DNA of 64,000 nucleotides from Myxococcota bacterium (GTDB lineage Bacteria; Myxococcota_A; Polyangia; Polyangiales; Houyiibacteriaceae): NCBI GenBank assembly GCA_039028875.1, contig JBCCHE010000002.1, positions 5,212 to 69,211 of the forward strand, read 5' to 3'. Shown piece by piece: positions 34,012 to 42,538 of this stretch (position 1 is its first letter; each line of letters starts with the position of its first letter). The notes under the pieces were generated by a model. It saw only the letters and a program-made list of their open reading frames with translations, ran no database searches and was not told where the DNA came from. The position numbers and the translations under genes were made by a program.

Positions 34012-34659
34012 TTAGCCGAGCGCCTTGAACGCCTGCTCGAGCGAGTCGGGCCGGGCACCGGGTGAGAGGGTGCCGAGCGCGATCAGGGTCGAAAAGGCAT
34101 CGGCGATCTGGTCGGGACTGAGGGGACCGTCGGGCCGATACCACAGCGCGACCGAGTTGGTGGCGCCGAACCAGAAGCGCTTGACGAGTGACACATCGAG
34201 CCCTGCCGCAAGCTGACCGGCGCCGATCGCGGCGTAACAGAGGCCCTCCCAAATGGCATCGTAGGGGCGGCGCGCCTCGATCAACCGGGTGCGTGTTTGC
34301 TCAGGCAGCCGGTGAAGGTCGAACACCAGCACCGGCACCGCGTCTTCTTCCGAGAGGAGCGCCCGAAGGTGGGCCCGCATGCCCAATCGGATGCGTTCGA
34401 GCGGGTCGCGGCTTGGGGCGATCGCGCTCTGGACCTCGGCGAGCGCGTAGTCGACGGCGTGCTCCGCGATGGCAACGATCAGGTCTTCTTTGGTGCGGAA
34501 CCGGTAGGTGAGGCTGCCCGGCAACACGCCCGCCGCTTGGGCGACTGCGCGAATCGATGTCCCTCCGAAACCACGCTCGCGGAAGAGCTGAGCCGCGGCG
34601 CGTAGGATCCGGCCTTGAGGAACATGAACGGTCGTCGCCGAAGCCTTGGCCGTCGACAT
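34012..34659 (-). CDS. TetR-family transcriptional regulator
   Basis: ILRAAAQLFRERGFGGTSIRAVAQAAGVLPGSLTYRFRTKEDL. The start overlaps the SDR stop by 1 nt (TGATG). Confidence 0.85.
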   Translation of the reverse strand: MSTAKASATTVHVPQGRILRAAAQLFRERGFGGTSIRAVAQAAGVLPGSLTYRFRTKEDLIVAIAEHAVDYALAEVQSAIAPSRDPLERIRLGMRAHLRALLSEEDAVPVLVFDLHRLPEQTRTRLIEARRPYDAIWEGLCYAAIGAGQLAAGLDVSLVKRFWFGATNSVALWYRPDGPLSPDQIADAFSTLIALGTLSPGARPDSLEQAFKALG

Positions 34660-35576
34660 CAGAACGGCGTCCCGCGACCGAAGCGCTCGAGGATCGCGCG
34701 CTGCGCTGGGAACTCGGCAACCTGATCGCCAATGGGATACATGCGCGCCAACAAGTTGAAGAAGCGTGTCACTGCGGTGGGCGCCGCCTGACCGATGAAG
34801 CCGTAGGCGCGCCCCCTTGGCGTGACGACTCGCCGTTTTCCGTGAACGATCCCGTCAAGCACCATATGCGCTGCGGTCTCGACGCTCATCGCGTCACTGC
34901 GATCGGCGAACTCGGGCGTGTCCGTCGCCATCTTCGTTCGCACCAACGGGTGGTACACGGACGAAACCGTGAGACGATGGTGGTTCTCGGCCGCGAGGAC
35001 ATCGCCAAAGCCATCGAGCGCGCACTTGCTCGCAACGTAGGCGCCGAAGTTGGGAGCCCGCGCATAGACGCCCATCGTCAATACGAGTGACACCGTACCG
35101 CGGCGCTCCAGCAGCGACGGCAACAGTTTGAGCGTCAATCGCACGGGAGCGAAGTAGTTGAGTGCCATGGTCCGCTCGTAGTCGTGGAACCGATCGACCG
35201 CATGGGTCGTCGGACGGCGGATCGAACGGCCGGCGTTGTGCACGACGACGTCCACGCCGCCGTGGTCGGCGAGAACCGCATCACCGAGCGAATCGACTTC
35301 TTCCATCGAGGAGAGGTCCGCCTGGTAGGTGTGCACCTTGGCGCCTACCGCCTCGACGGCCGCGCCGACTTCGTTGAGCGCGTCGGTGCTGCGGGCGGCG
35401 AGCAACACGTGCGCGCCCGCCTCCCCTGCCATGGTCGCCACTCGCGCGCCGATCCCGCGCGAGCCGCCCGTCACCAAGATGGTTCGGCCCTCAAGCACGC
35501 GATCATCCCGCCTCGCTCGGGCTTGCGTGGCATTGGAGTATTTTTTGGTCGCACGTACAAATCCTTCAGACGTCAT
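34659..35576 (-). CDS. Short-chain dehydrogenase/reductase (SDR)
   Basis: Internal ATG (complement of 35576-35574). Motifs are TILVTGGSRGIGA (TGxxxGxG), VVVHNAG and the catalytic YVASKCAL (YxxxK). Confidence 0.85.
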   Translation of the reverse strand: MTSEGFVRATKKYSNATQARARRDDRVLEGRTILVTGGSRGIGARVATMAGEAGAHVLLAARSTDALNEVGAAVEAVGAKVHTYQADLSSMEEVDSLGDAVLADHGGVDVVVHNAGRSIRRPTTHAVDRFHDYERTMALNYFAPVRLTLKLLPSLLERRGTVSLVLTMGVYARAPNFGAYVASKCALDGFGDVLAAENHHRLTVSSVYHPLVRTKMATDTPEFADRSDAMSVETAAHMVLDGIVHGKRRVVTPRGRAYGFIGQAAPTAVTRFFNLLARMYPIGDQVAEFPAQRAILERFGRGTPF

Positions 35577-35607
35577 ATTTGACCTTTTTGTCGGCAAAGC
35601 ATTAAGC

Positions 35608-35625
35608 CTTGTACATCTGTACAAG
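35608..35625. promoter_or_regulatory. Perfect 18-bp palindrome, candidate operator of the SDR-TetR operon
   Basis: CTTGTACAtcTGTACAAG has 8-bp arms and a 2-nt spacer. It lies 32 nt upstream of the SDR ATG, in the divergent region shared with bfr. Confidence 0.45.
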
Positions 35626-35780
35626 ATACCCTGCTCAGGCGCCAGCCCAGATGCGCTGCATTTGTGCCGTAGCCGCGGGCCATATGGTCGCGGTGCCCAC
35701 AGCGGCGAGTGCCCCCAGAAAGGTCTGGTGCGATAGTGCCGACCTGCCACCGCGCCGACAGTGCGGAGAAGAGACACGGA

Positions 35781-36248
35781 ATGAACGGCGACAAGAAGAT
35801 CATCGATTGTTTGAACGCGCTTCTGACCCACGAGCTCACAGCCGTGGACCTCTACGTCGTGCAGGCCAGGATGCTCGCGAACTGGGGATTCACCGCACTG
35901 CAGGACCGCCTCGCCCACGAGGCGGACGACGAGCGGGAGCACGCGAACCGCCTGATGCACCGGATCTTGTTCCTCGGGGGCCAACCTGACGTAGCGTCGC
36001 GCGCCGAACTCAAGGTCGGCAACAACCCAGCCGAGATCTTGGCGTACGATCTCCAGTACGAGATCGAGGTGGGCCGTGCGCTCAACGAAGGCATTGCCCT
36101 ATGCTGCAGGAAGGGCGACAACGGCACCCGAGCGTTGCTCGAGCAGTTGCTCCGAGACACCGAGGACGACCACATCTTCTGGCTGCAGCAACAACTGTCA
36201 TTGATCGAGAAGGTCGGCCTCAAGAAGTACCTCTCGGAGCAACTATAG
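35781..36248 (+). CDS. bfr: Bacterioferritin
   Basis: Internal ATG at 35781. MNGDKKIIDCLNALLTHELTAVDLYVVQARMLANWGF...HEADDEREHANRLMHRILFLGG is collinear with E. coli Bfr, including the heme-ligand Met (ARM) and the ferroxidase E/H residues. Confidence 0.9.
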   Translation: MNGDKKIIDCLNALLTHELTAVDLYVVQARMLANWGFTALQDRLAHEADDEREHANRLMHRILFLGGQPDVASRAELKVGNNPAEILAYDLQYEIEVGRALNEGIALCCRKGDNGTRALLEQLLRDTEDDHIFWLQQQLSLIEKVGLKKYLSEQL

Positions 36249-36330
36249 GCTGGTACTCAGCTTCTCGGGTGTGGTTGTCAGGTCTGCTCCTCAGAGCGCG
36301 GAGCGTTCCGAGTCTAGAAGAGGCGTTCGG

Positions 36331-37041
36331 CTAGAGGCGTACCCCCTGGACCACTCTCGGGATCTCGCCGCCGAAGATGGCCGTCAACGCCGCGGGTGCG
36401 TCGTAGCTGTGCCGTTCGAGCGCCGCCTGAAGGACCTCGATCTCGACGGGCGCGTTGCAGACGCGGCATAGGTACTGGGCCAGAGACGAGGGCACGGTCG
36501 TCGCGGATGCGGGCTGCAGTTCGTGTTCGAGCCGCTGGAGATGCGATGCGAAACCGATGTTGGGAAGGACTTGAAACCGTTTGGAACGAACATGGCAGAG
36601 GGCGTCGAAGAAGCTCATGCCCTCGGTCTTCATGAGCCACGCGACCACCAAGGTGGCCGAGCGGCTGACGCCAACTTCACAGTGAACGAAGAGCTTGGCG
36701 TCCGAATCGCCTCTCGTGGCGACTTCGGCGTAGTCGAAGAAGCTCGAGAGGGCGCCACCAATGTCCTGGTGCATCCCGTCCTGCACCCCGAGAAAGAGAT
36801 GCTCGAAGTCCTGCTGAAGGAACACCATGTCGGATCGGTCATGCTCCATCAGGCAGCTAACAACGTGGGTCACGCCCGCGCGCCTGAGCTCCTCTACGCG
36901 CTCCCGGTTCGGGCGGGCGCCCAGATACAAACTCGGGGTGATTTCGGTGAAGAAGCTCTCACGCAGATCCACGGCGAGGTCCAGATCGAGGCCAAGCCGC
37001 GAGAGCACGCGATCCACCAGGCCGCTGAGCTTATCCTTCAT
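36331..37041 (-). CDS. Dual-specificity (eukaryote-like) protein phosphatase
   Basis: HCX5R active site VHCEVGVSRSATLVVAWLM, preceded by SLYLGARP...VTHVVSC and an upstream acid loop (GVQDG). Confidence 0.8.
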   Translation of the reverse strand: MKDKLSGLVDRVLSRLGLDLDLAVDLRESFFTEITPSLYLGARPNRERVEELRRAGVTHVVSCLMEHDRSDMVFLQQDFEHLFLGVQDGMHQDIGGALSSFFDYAEVATRGDSDAKLFVHCEVGVSRSATLVVAWLMKTEGMSFFDALCHVRSKRFQVLPNIGFASHLQRLEHELQPASATTVPSSLAQYLCRVCNAPVEIEVLQAALERHSYDAPAALTAIFGGEIPRVVQGVRL

Positions 37042-37060
37042 GGAGCTCTCTTTTCACATG

Positions 37061-38383
37061 CTAGAACCCGGCCTTGATTGCCAGGTTGATCCCGAACTGA
37101 TTGCTCGTGATGGGGACAATGTTGACAGTGGTGTCGGTGGGGACGGATTGGTCAGCGATGAAGGCGCCAGCGAGCTGACCCTTGCCATACGCGTACGTAC
37201 CAGCGACGGCGAAAGCAAGGTAAAAGCCCCCCTCCCCCCGTTCGGGTGGCTTCTCGCGGTTCGCGAAGTCGAAGCCGATGGTGAAACGGTAGTAGTCGAT
37301 CTGAGATTCACCGAGTTGGTCGAGGCTCCCGACGGAGCTGAAGTCCGTGGAGAAGCCGCCACCCACCTTGAGACGCTTCGACAGCCGGACGATTCCACCG
37401 ATGCGCGCGTCCGCCACGGTCTTCCAATCGATCTCGAAGGGTGCACTGTCGAGCGCGAACCGGACGATCACGTCGGCTTCCACCCAGCCTCGCTGACGAA
37501 TCCAAGCGATCCCCGCCCTTGCAAGACCCGGCTCGACGCCCGACCACGTCCCGCTGAGGCCGTCGGTCGCAGCCCCTTGGAACGTCGGTGGACCTTGAGG
37601 CGGCGCGATCGTTTCGGTGAAGGTTCGGTCCTCGTTGAGGAAGACCAAATAGCTTGGCGTCGCAACCATGACCCCGATTCGCAGGGTCTTCATCGGGGCG
37701 ACCTGAACACCAAACTTCATCTGCAAGCCACCGCCCGAGAGATTCTCGGTGATGGTCTGGGTCGACGCGCCCCCGGCGCCCCCGTCAATGCCGCCCGCAA
37801 GGATTTGGTTTCCGCTTTGGGTGGCGAACACGATGTCGAAGCCACCGCCAATGAGAAGCTTGTCGTTGCCTTTCTTCCAAGCGAGCGCGGAGCTGACGTG
37901 GTAGACCGACCGCGTTTGCTCGACGGCGGCGAAGAAGTCGCTCTCGGGCTGCTGGCCGGGTTGGGCACTCACGCTGTCCTGAAGGAAACGGTCGCTTACG
38001 CGCGAGAAGAAGAAACCAAGACCCCAGCGAAGGTCGACGCGCGGCGACGCGACGAAGGTCAGCGCCCGCGGAATAGCGATGAACGTGGAGAAGTCGCCAG
38101 GGCTTTGCGGGCCCGACTCGAGCGTCAGCGCTCCCGGTGCCTTGACCAGATTGTAGCTGAGTACGGAGCCCGTCAGGTCCACCGACCGTGCATCAAGGCG
38201 AGCCACGCCTGCCGGGTTGAACCACATGGCGCCGCCGGTGTGTACGTTCGCGACCACGGCGCCGCCTGTCAGCGCGACGTCCGTACCAGCCACGACATCG
38301 TCGCCGTTCTGGGCAGCCGCGGAGTTGGCCACCAAGACGCCTGCCGTGGCAACGAACGCTGCGAGCCGCACCATCGGGCGCAT
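37061..38383 (-). CDS. Outer-membrane beta-barrel protein, FadL/TodX-like
   Basis: Signal peptide MRPMVRLAAFVATAGVLVANSAAAQ. It has AMWFNPAGVARL (NPAG as in FadL-type proteins), an alternating amphipathic strand pattern and a C-terminal ...NLAIKAGF. Confidence 0.7.
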   Translation of the reverse strand: MRPMVRLAAFVATAGVLVANSAAAQNGDDVVAGTDVALTGGAVVANVHTGGAMWFNPAGVARLDARSVDLTGSVLSYNLVKAPGALTLESGPQSPGDFSTFIAIPRALTFVASPRVDLRWGLGFFFSRVSDRFLQDSVSAQPGQQPESDFFAAVEQTRSVYHVSSALAWKKGNDKLLIGGGFDIVFATQSGNQILAGGIDGGAGGASTQTITENLSGGGLQMKFGVQVAPMKTLRIGVMVATPSYLVFLNEDRTFTETIAPPQGPPTFQGAATDGLSGTWSGVEPGLARAGIAWIRQRGWVEADVIVRFALDSAPFEIDWKTVADARIGGIVRLSKRLKVGGGFSTDFSSVGSLDQLGESQIDYYRFTIGFDFANREKPPERGEGGFYLAFAVAGTYAYGKGQLAGAFIADQSVPTDTTVNIVPITSNQFGINLAIKAGF

Positions 38384-38458
38384 ACTACAGCCACGATCCG
38401 AGTCTCGGAAATCCTAGACGGGAACGGGGGTCAGGCCGGGACGGCAGGCAACGCGACC

Positions 38459-41400
38459 CTACTCCCAGGTGGCATTGCCCACGAGCGACCCATGCTCACC
38501 ACCAACCAGGTCGTGAACGACGGTTCCGCCGCCCTCCTGGAGGGGCCAGTATCCGACGAGACCAGGCTCCGTGCCGATGAGGTCGCGTCCGATGGTGTCC
38601 ACGACTTCCTCAGGCGTGAGGGCCACGTCCCAGATCCGTAGCCAGCCCACGAGCCCTTGGAAGAAGCCAGTGCCCGCCGGGAAACCCCCACCGATGAGCA
38701 CAGGGCCGTTCGGGTAGCCGACCCGAAGTGGGCGGTAGGCCGCGTAGACCGTGCCTGTGACCTCAGTCTCGCGAATCTTCACTCCGTTCAGGTAGAAACG
38801 AAGCGCAGCGCCGTCGTAGACGATGGTGAGGGTGTTCCACTCGTCGGCAAGTGGTGGCGTCCCAAAGTTGTCGAGGAAGCGACCGTTGCTGGTATTCATG
38901 CGAACGAGGAGAGCCGGTTGGTTCGGGTTCACCGCAACCATGAAGCCAAGGGCCTCTGACGCGCCCAAGCGTCGCGTGCCGTCCTCGACCAAGACCTGCA
39001 AACCGTCGACGGGGTCGGCCTTGAACTGGACCGAGAGGGTGAACTGATCGGTGATGCCAAGGTTTGCGAGCGTCGAAGGCAGATCTACGTAGGCGTCGGC
39101 TCCCGGCAGGCGAACCGCGGTCTCGGGGATGGTCAGGGTAGCGACCGGCGGCTCGAGGTCCGCCATGCCTTCGACGAAATCGGGATCCCCCGTCACGGCC
39201 TGGTCCAAGACGCACGCGTCGAGCAAAATCGGATCCACGACGCCGTTCGCAGTGCACACGGCTTCCGCTTCAGTCCGCACCTCTGGGGACAGGTTCTGCG
39301 CATCCACTCGCCCGTAGGGGAAGGATGGGTCGGTGAAGATCTCGGTGCTCTCTCCCTCGCCGTAGTCGAACAGGCTTTCTTCTGGCGTCACCTGCCAGGA
39401 TCGACCCCACTCGTAGAGGTCAAAATTGGTGACAGGCGTCGGAAGGGGCACGTCCGTATCACGGACCCGAAGGTCGTTGTAGGCCGAGCCATCCACGTCG
39501 CCCATCAAACCAACCATGTCGTAGTCGACCGACGCAGTGAGTTGAATATGCACGTTGAAGTGGTCGCCACGATGGTCGATGCGGACGCTCTCCCCGGCGG
39601 GCCATTCGATCCGGGTGGAAGCACCACCAACGGACAGCGTTCCGCCCGAGGGAAGGTCGAGCGAGCCATCGACAGGGACGGGCTGGTGATTCACGAACAC
39701 GTGTTCTTCGTCGAGGTAGAGGGACACAACGTCGTCTACGACCTGCACGGCGACCGCCGAGTTGACCGAAACCACGCGTGAGTTGGCGTAGGGAGCAGTG
39801 CGGACCTGCACTTCGAAGCCGCCCTGGCGTGAGCGAGTCAGTACATGCTCCCCAACGGTCTGAAGGTCGTACGAGAGCCCGTCGAACGTCCGGTAGTGCG
39901 GGTCCCCGAACGAGTCGGACGATGGTCCCCCGCCACTCCCGTTCCCATCGCCGTCATCGCCGTCGCCCCCGCCGCTGCCGTCGCCGTCGCCGTCGCCGTC
40001 GCCATCACCGTCGCCGTCGCCATCACCGTCGCCGCCGCCATCACCGTCGCCGCCGCCATCACCGTCGCCGCCGCCATCACCGTCGCCGCCGCCATCACCG
40101 TCGCCGCCGCCGTTGCCACCGTCGTCGTCGTCATCATCGTCGTCGTCATCGCCGTCGTCGTCATCGCCGTCGTCGTCATCGCCGTCGTCGTCGTTCTCGC
40201 CTGGCTGGATCGGTCCGAGCTCGAGAAGACCGAGCCCCGATGACAGAATGCTCGGGAGCAAACTGGTCTTCACGAAGGCGAAGTAGTTGCCGCCGATCGC
40301 GCCATCTTCTTGTGCCGTCCACTGAACCTTGAACTTCGTCTGTCCGTTCTGAGCGGGCGCGCTACCGACCTTCCGAGTCGCGTACTCTCCTTCGTCACGC
40401 TCGTACTTCTCGTAGATGATGACCTCGTCGACGTTGTAGAGCGCGGTGCCGAAAAAGAAGTGAGTGTTCTTCGGGTCAAGCTCGACTTCGACCGTCACGA
40501 GGTCGAGAGCCTCGAAGCTGCGCACGTCAGCCACGGCGGTCCTGACGGTGGGCGTGTTGCCGATGAGGTTGGTGCTCTTGAGCTGGAGCTGGCCTCCGAT
40601 GTCCACATCGAGGACACCTAGAAGAGTCTTCGCGTCCTTGGCGACACCGACTCCGAAGTCCCCCGACAACTGGTAGTCCGATGCGTACTTGTTGTTGAGC
40701 ACCTGCGCTTTGACGGTGGAGATGTTCCCCTTGTACGTCGGTCCCATTTCGATGCGAAGCGTCTCGAGAGCGAGGTCGGCGATGTAGACGTCCACCCCGA
40801 GAAGGAGCTCCGCGAACGCGAAGGCCTTGACTTCTGGTTCGATGCGGAGCTGTGCGGATGGGTTGCTTAGATTCGGCAGCTCCACCGTGAACGTCGGGTC
40901 GGGAAAGTCCCCCCCATGGTCGAAGTAGAGCTCGCAAGACTCATCGACTGGGCAAACGATTCCCCCTTCCACGTTGACGCTCGCCTTGGTGCCGAACTCG
41001 ACTCCGACCGTGGCCCCGGTGACCTTGCCGCTCACCTCGAAACCGAGCCCCAATGGTACGGTGGCACCCCCGTAGAAGATTGGAACGCCGACGATTGGGA
41101 TCGGGACGGCGATGAGTTCGACGTCGCACTTGTACTTGGCCTGCAGCGACGCGGTGACCTGAATCTTGGTCTCGAAGCCGCCGTCGAGCTGTGCACGCAC
41201 GCCGACCTTGTCCTCGGTGTCGGGGTCATCGTCCCACCGGGCGATGATGTCGATCTTCTTGTTCAACGTGAACGAGGCGGGAAGGCCGGTCAGCGTAAAG
41301 GGCAAGGCGCTTGCCGCCTCGCAGGAGAAAGGCCCGAGTGCCCGGGTCCCGACCGCTCGTTTCGCGACCGTGGGCTCCGGCTTCAGCGTGAACTGGTAGC

Positions 41401-42295
41401 TTCCATCCGCCCGAGCCTCGACGTCGTAGTAGTCGCGAATGGGATCGCTCACGACCGTCTCGCTTGCGGAGAGGTCGAGGGTCTCGTCGATGGCAAAGTC
41501 CTCGAACATTTCGCTAAGCGGAACCACTTCGATCGTGACCTCGAGTAGACCGGGCTCGGGACGCGAAACAGCCGCAACCCGACCCCCAACAGACAGCGTT
41601 TCCCGGGAAAGAAGAACTTGACCGACTTCCACGGCACCAATGCCTTCGAGCGTGATTGTCAGTTCGGAACCGAGACCGAACGCTTCTCGAGAACCTTCGA
41701 AACGGGGACCCTCGACGACCTGCGCGTCGTTGACGAGAACCGCGCCGTCCACGGGCCGTGCAACGGCGACGACGACGGGTGGTGAGGTGACGCCGTCGGC
41801 CTCGGCCGTCACCGTCGCAGAACCAATGGCGGTCCGCGCGATGGCGAGACCGTCACCTTCGAACTCCAGGGTTGACGTGTCATTGCTCCGCCACGTGAAC
41901 TGGGCGTCGACGCGCTGGTCGGCGGCGTCGTAGGCCAGGGCCGTGAACTGATAGCTCTCGCCTTCTGCCGTCAGGACGAGCGCCCCTGGGGTGATCTCGA
42001 TTCGCGATACCTCGGCACCGTCGACTCCTCCCCCGTGCCCGGCCGACCCTCCGCCGCCGCTGCCTCCCGCGTTCGGCCCCTCGCCGTCGCCGCCGGCGTC
42101 TCCACAGCCTGAAGCGGCCAAGCCGAACAAGAGGAGTCCGGCTGCGAGCGCGCGCCGCAAACCGTGGCGGTGGCTGCGCGGCGTTCGACGGGTTTCAAGA
42201 TGGGTGGGGTCTGCGCTTAAACGGGGCATGTCATCTCCTCCAAGATCGGGCCCAAAGGCCGTGCCTGCGCGTTGGATCTGCACGGCCCGTGCCAC
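38459..42295 (-). CDS. Giant multidomain lipoprotein: Big_2 Ig-like domain, ~520-aa unassigned region, poly-Asp/Gly repeat linker, VWD domain with GDPH motif, and LamG/concanavalin-like domain
   Basis: Lipobox LLLFGLAASGCGD; an alternative ATG is at 42229. Big_2 is ITPGALVLTAEGESYQFTALAYDAADQRV...ATVTAEADGVTS. VWD is SFGDPHYRTFDGLSYDLQTVGEHVL...GLMGDVDGSAYNDL...EWGRSWQV. LamG is FTLSVQFKAD...WNTLTIVYDGAALRFYLNG...LVGWLRIWDVALTPEEV. Confidence 0.85.
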   Translation of the reverse strand: MARAVQIQRAGTAFGPDLGGDDMPRLSADPTHLETRRTPRSHRHGLRRALAAGLLLFGLAASGCGDAGGDGEGPNAGGSGGGGSAGHGGGVDGAEVSRIEITPGALVLTAEGESYQFTALAYDAADQRVDAQFTWRSNDTSTLEFEGDGLAIARTAIGSATVTAEADGVTSPPVVVAVARPVDGAVLVNDAQVVEGPRFEGSREAFGLGSELTITLEGIGAVEVGQVLLSRETLSVGGRVAAVSRPEPGLLEVTIEVVPLSEMFEDFAIDETLDLSASETVVSDPIRDYYDVEARADGSYQFTLKPEPTVAKRAVGTRALGPFSCEAASALPFTLTGLPASFTLNKKIDIIARWDDDPDTEDKVGVRAQLDGGFETKIQVTASLQAKYKCDVELIAVPIPIVGVPIFYGGATVPLGLGFEVSGKVTGATVGVEFGTKASVNVEGGIVCPVDESCELYFDHGGDFPDPTFTVELPNLSNPSAQLRIEPEVKAFAFAELLLGVDVYIADLALETLRIEMGPTYKGNISTVKAQVLNNKYASDYQLSGDFGVGVAKDAKTLLGVLDVDIGGQLQLKSTNLIGNTPTVRTAVADVRSFEALDLVTVEVELDPKNTHFFFGTALYNVDEVIIYEKYERDEGEYATRKVGSAPAQNGQTKFKVQWTAQEDGAIGGNYFAFVKTSLLPSILSSGLGLLELGPIQPGENDDDGDDDDGDDDDGDDDDDDDDDDGGNGGGDGDGGGDGDGGGDGDGGGDGDGGGDGDGDGDGDGDGDGDGDGSGGGDGDDGDGNGSGGGPSSDSFGDPHYRTFDGLSYDLQTVGEHVLTRSRQGGFEVQVRTAPYANSRVVSVNSAVAVQVVDDVVSLYLDEEHVFVNHQPVPVDGSLDLPSGGTLSVGGASTRIEWPAGESVRIDHRGDHFNVHIQLTASVDYDMVGLMGDVDGSAYNDLRVRDTDVPLPTPVTNFDLYEWGRSWQVTPEESLFDYGEGESTEIFTDPSFPYGRVDAQNLSPEVRTEAEAVCTANGVVDPILLDACVLDQAVTGDPDFVEGMADLEPPVATLTIPETAVRLPGADAYVDLPSTLANLGITDQFTLSVQFKADPVDGLQVLVEDGTRRLGASEALGFMVAVNPNQPALLVRMNTSNGRFLDNFGTPPLADEWNTLTIVYDGAALRFYLNGVKIRETEVTGTVYAAYRPLRVGYPNGPVLIGGGFPAGTGFFQGLVGWLRIWDVALTPEEVVDTIGRDLIGTEPGLVGYWPLQEGGGTVVHDLVGGEHGSLVGNATWE
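40021..40110 (-). repeat. Five perfect tandem copies of an 18-nt unit inside the coding sequence
   Basis: catcaccgtcgccgccgc x5 (plus strand) encodes GGGDGD x5. It is flanked by GAC/GGC dinucleotide-codon runs (39950-40020) and three copies of a 15-nt cgtcgtcgtcatcgc unit (about 40141-40190) encoding GDDDD. Confidence 0.9.
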
Positions 42296-42538
42296 CGAAA
42301 AAACCTAAGAAATTCCGAGCCTGGGCCCGGTTGAACCGCAGAAACGACGGACGAACGTCGGTCGGTTCAGGACCTCGGTGCGACGAACGCGCCGCCGCGG
42401 ACGCCATCTGGTCCCGTCCTCGTCCTGCGCCCCGGAGAACGAATCTCAGAAAAGTGGCGTGCGCGTGCCACACATCCCACCCGTGATGCGTATGGGGGCG
42501 GTAGGGTCGCGATCTCACGCGCCCTGGAGGTATGCTTA

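Noticed and set aside
36827-38641. 604-aa plus-strand ORF across the outer-membrane-protein locus
   Set aside because: It is antisense to a gene with a signal peptide, beta-strand periodicity and a C-terminal Phe. The translation is low-complexity, Arg/Asp/Glu-rich and has no domain.
39926-40200. Highly regular short repeats that could be mistaken for a CRISPR array or a non-coding microsatellite
   Set aside because: The units are 18, 15 and 6 nt, with no spacers. They lie in frame inside a 1278-codon ORF and encode an Asp/Gly linker. I retained this region as a coding tandem repeat instead.
42329-42359. ECF-type promoter candidate GAAC-N19-CGTC upstream of the cytochrome c-DM13 gene
   Set aside because: The 19-nt spacer is longer than the 16-17 nt typical of ECF promoters. 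I found no matching element upstream of the sigma gene (43718-43800) or of 45152, so this is not supportable by eye.
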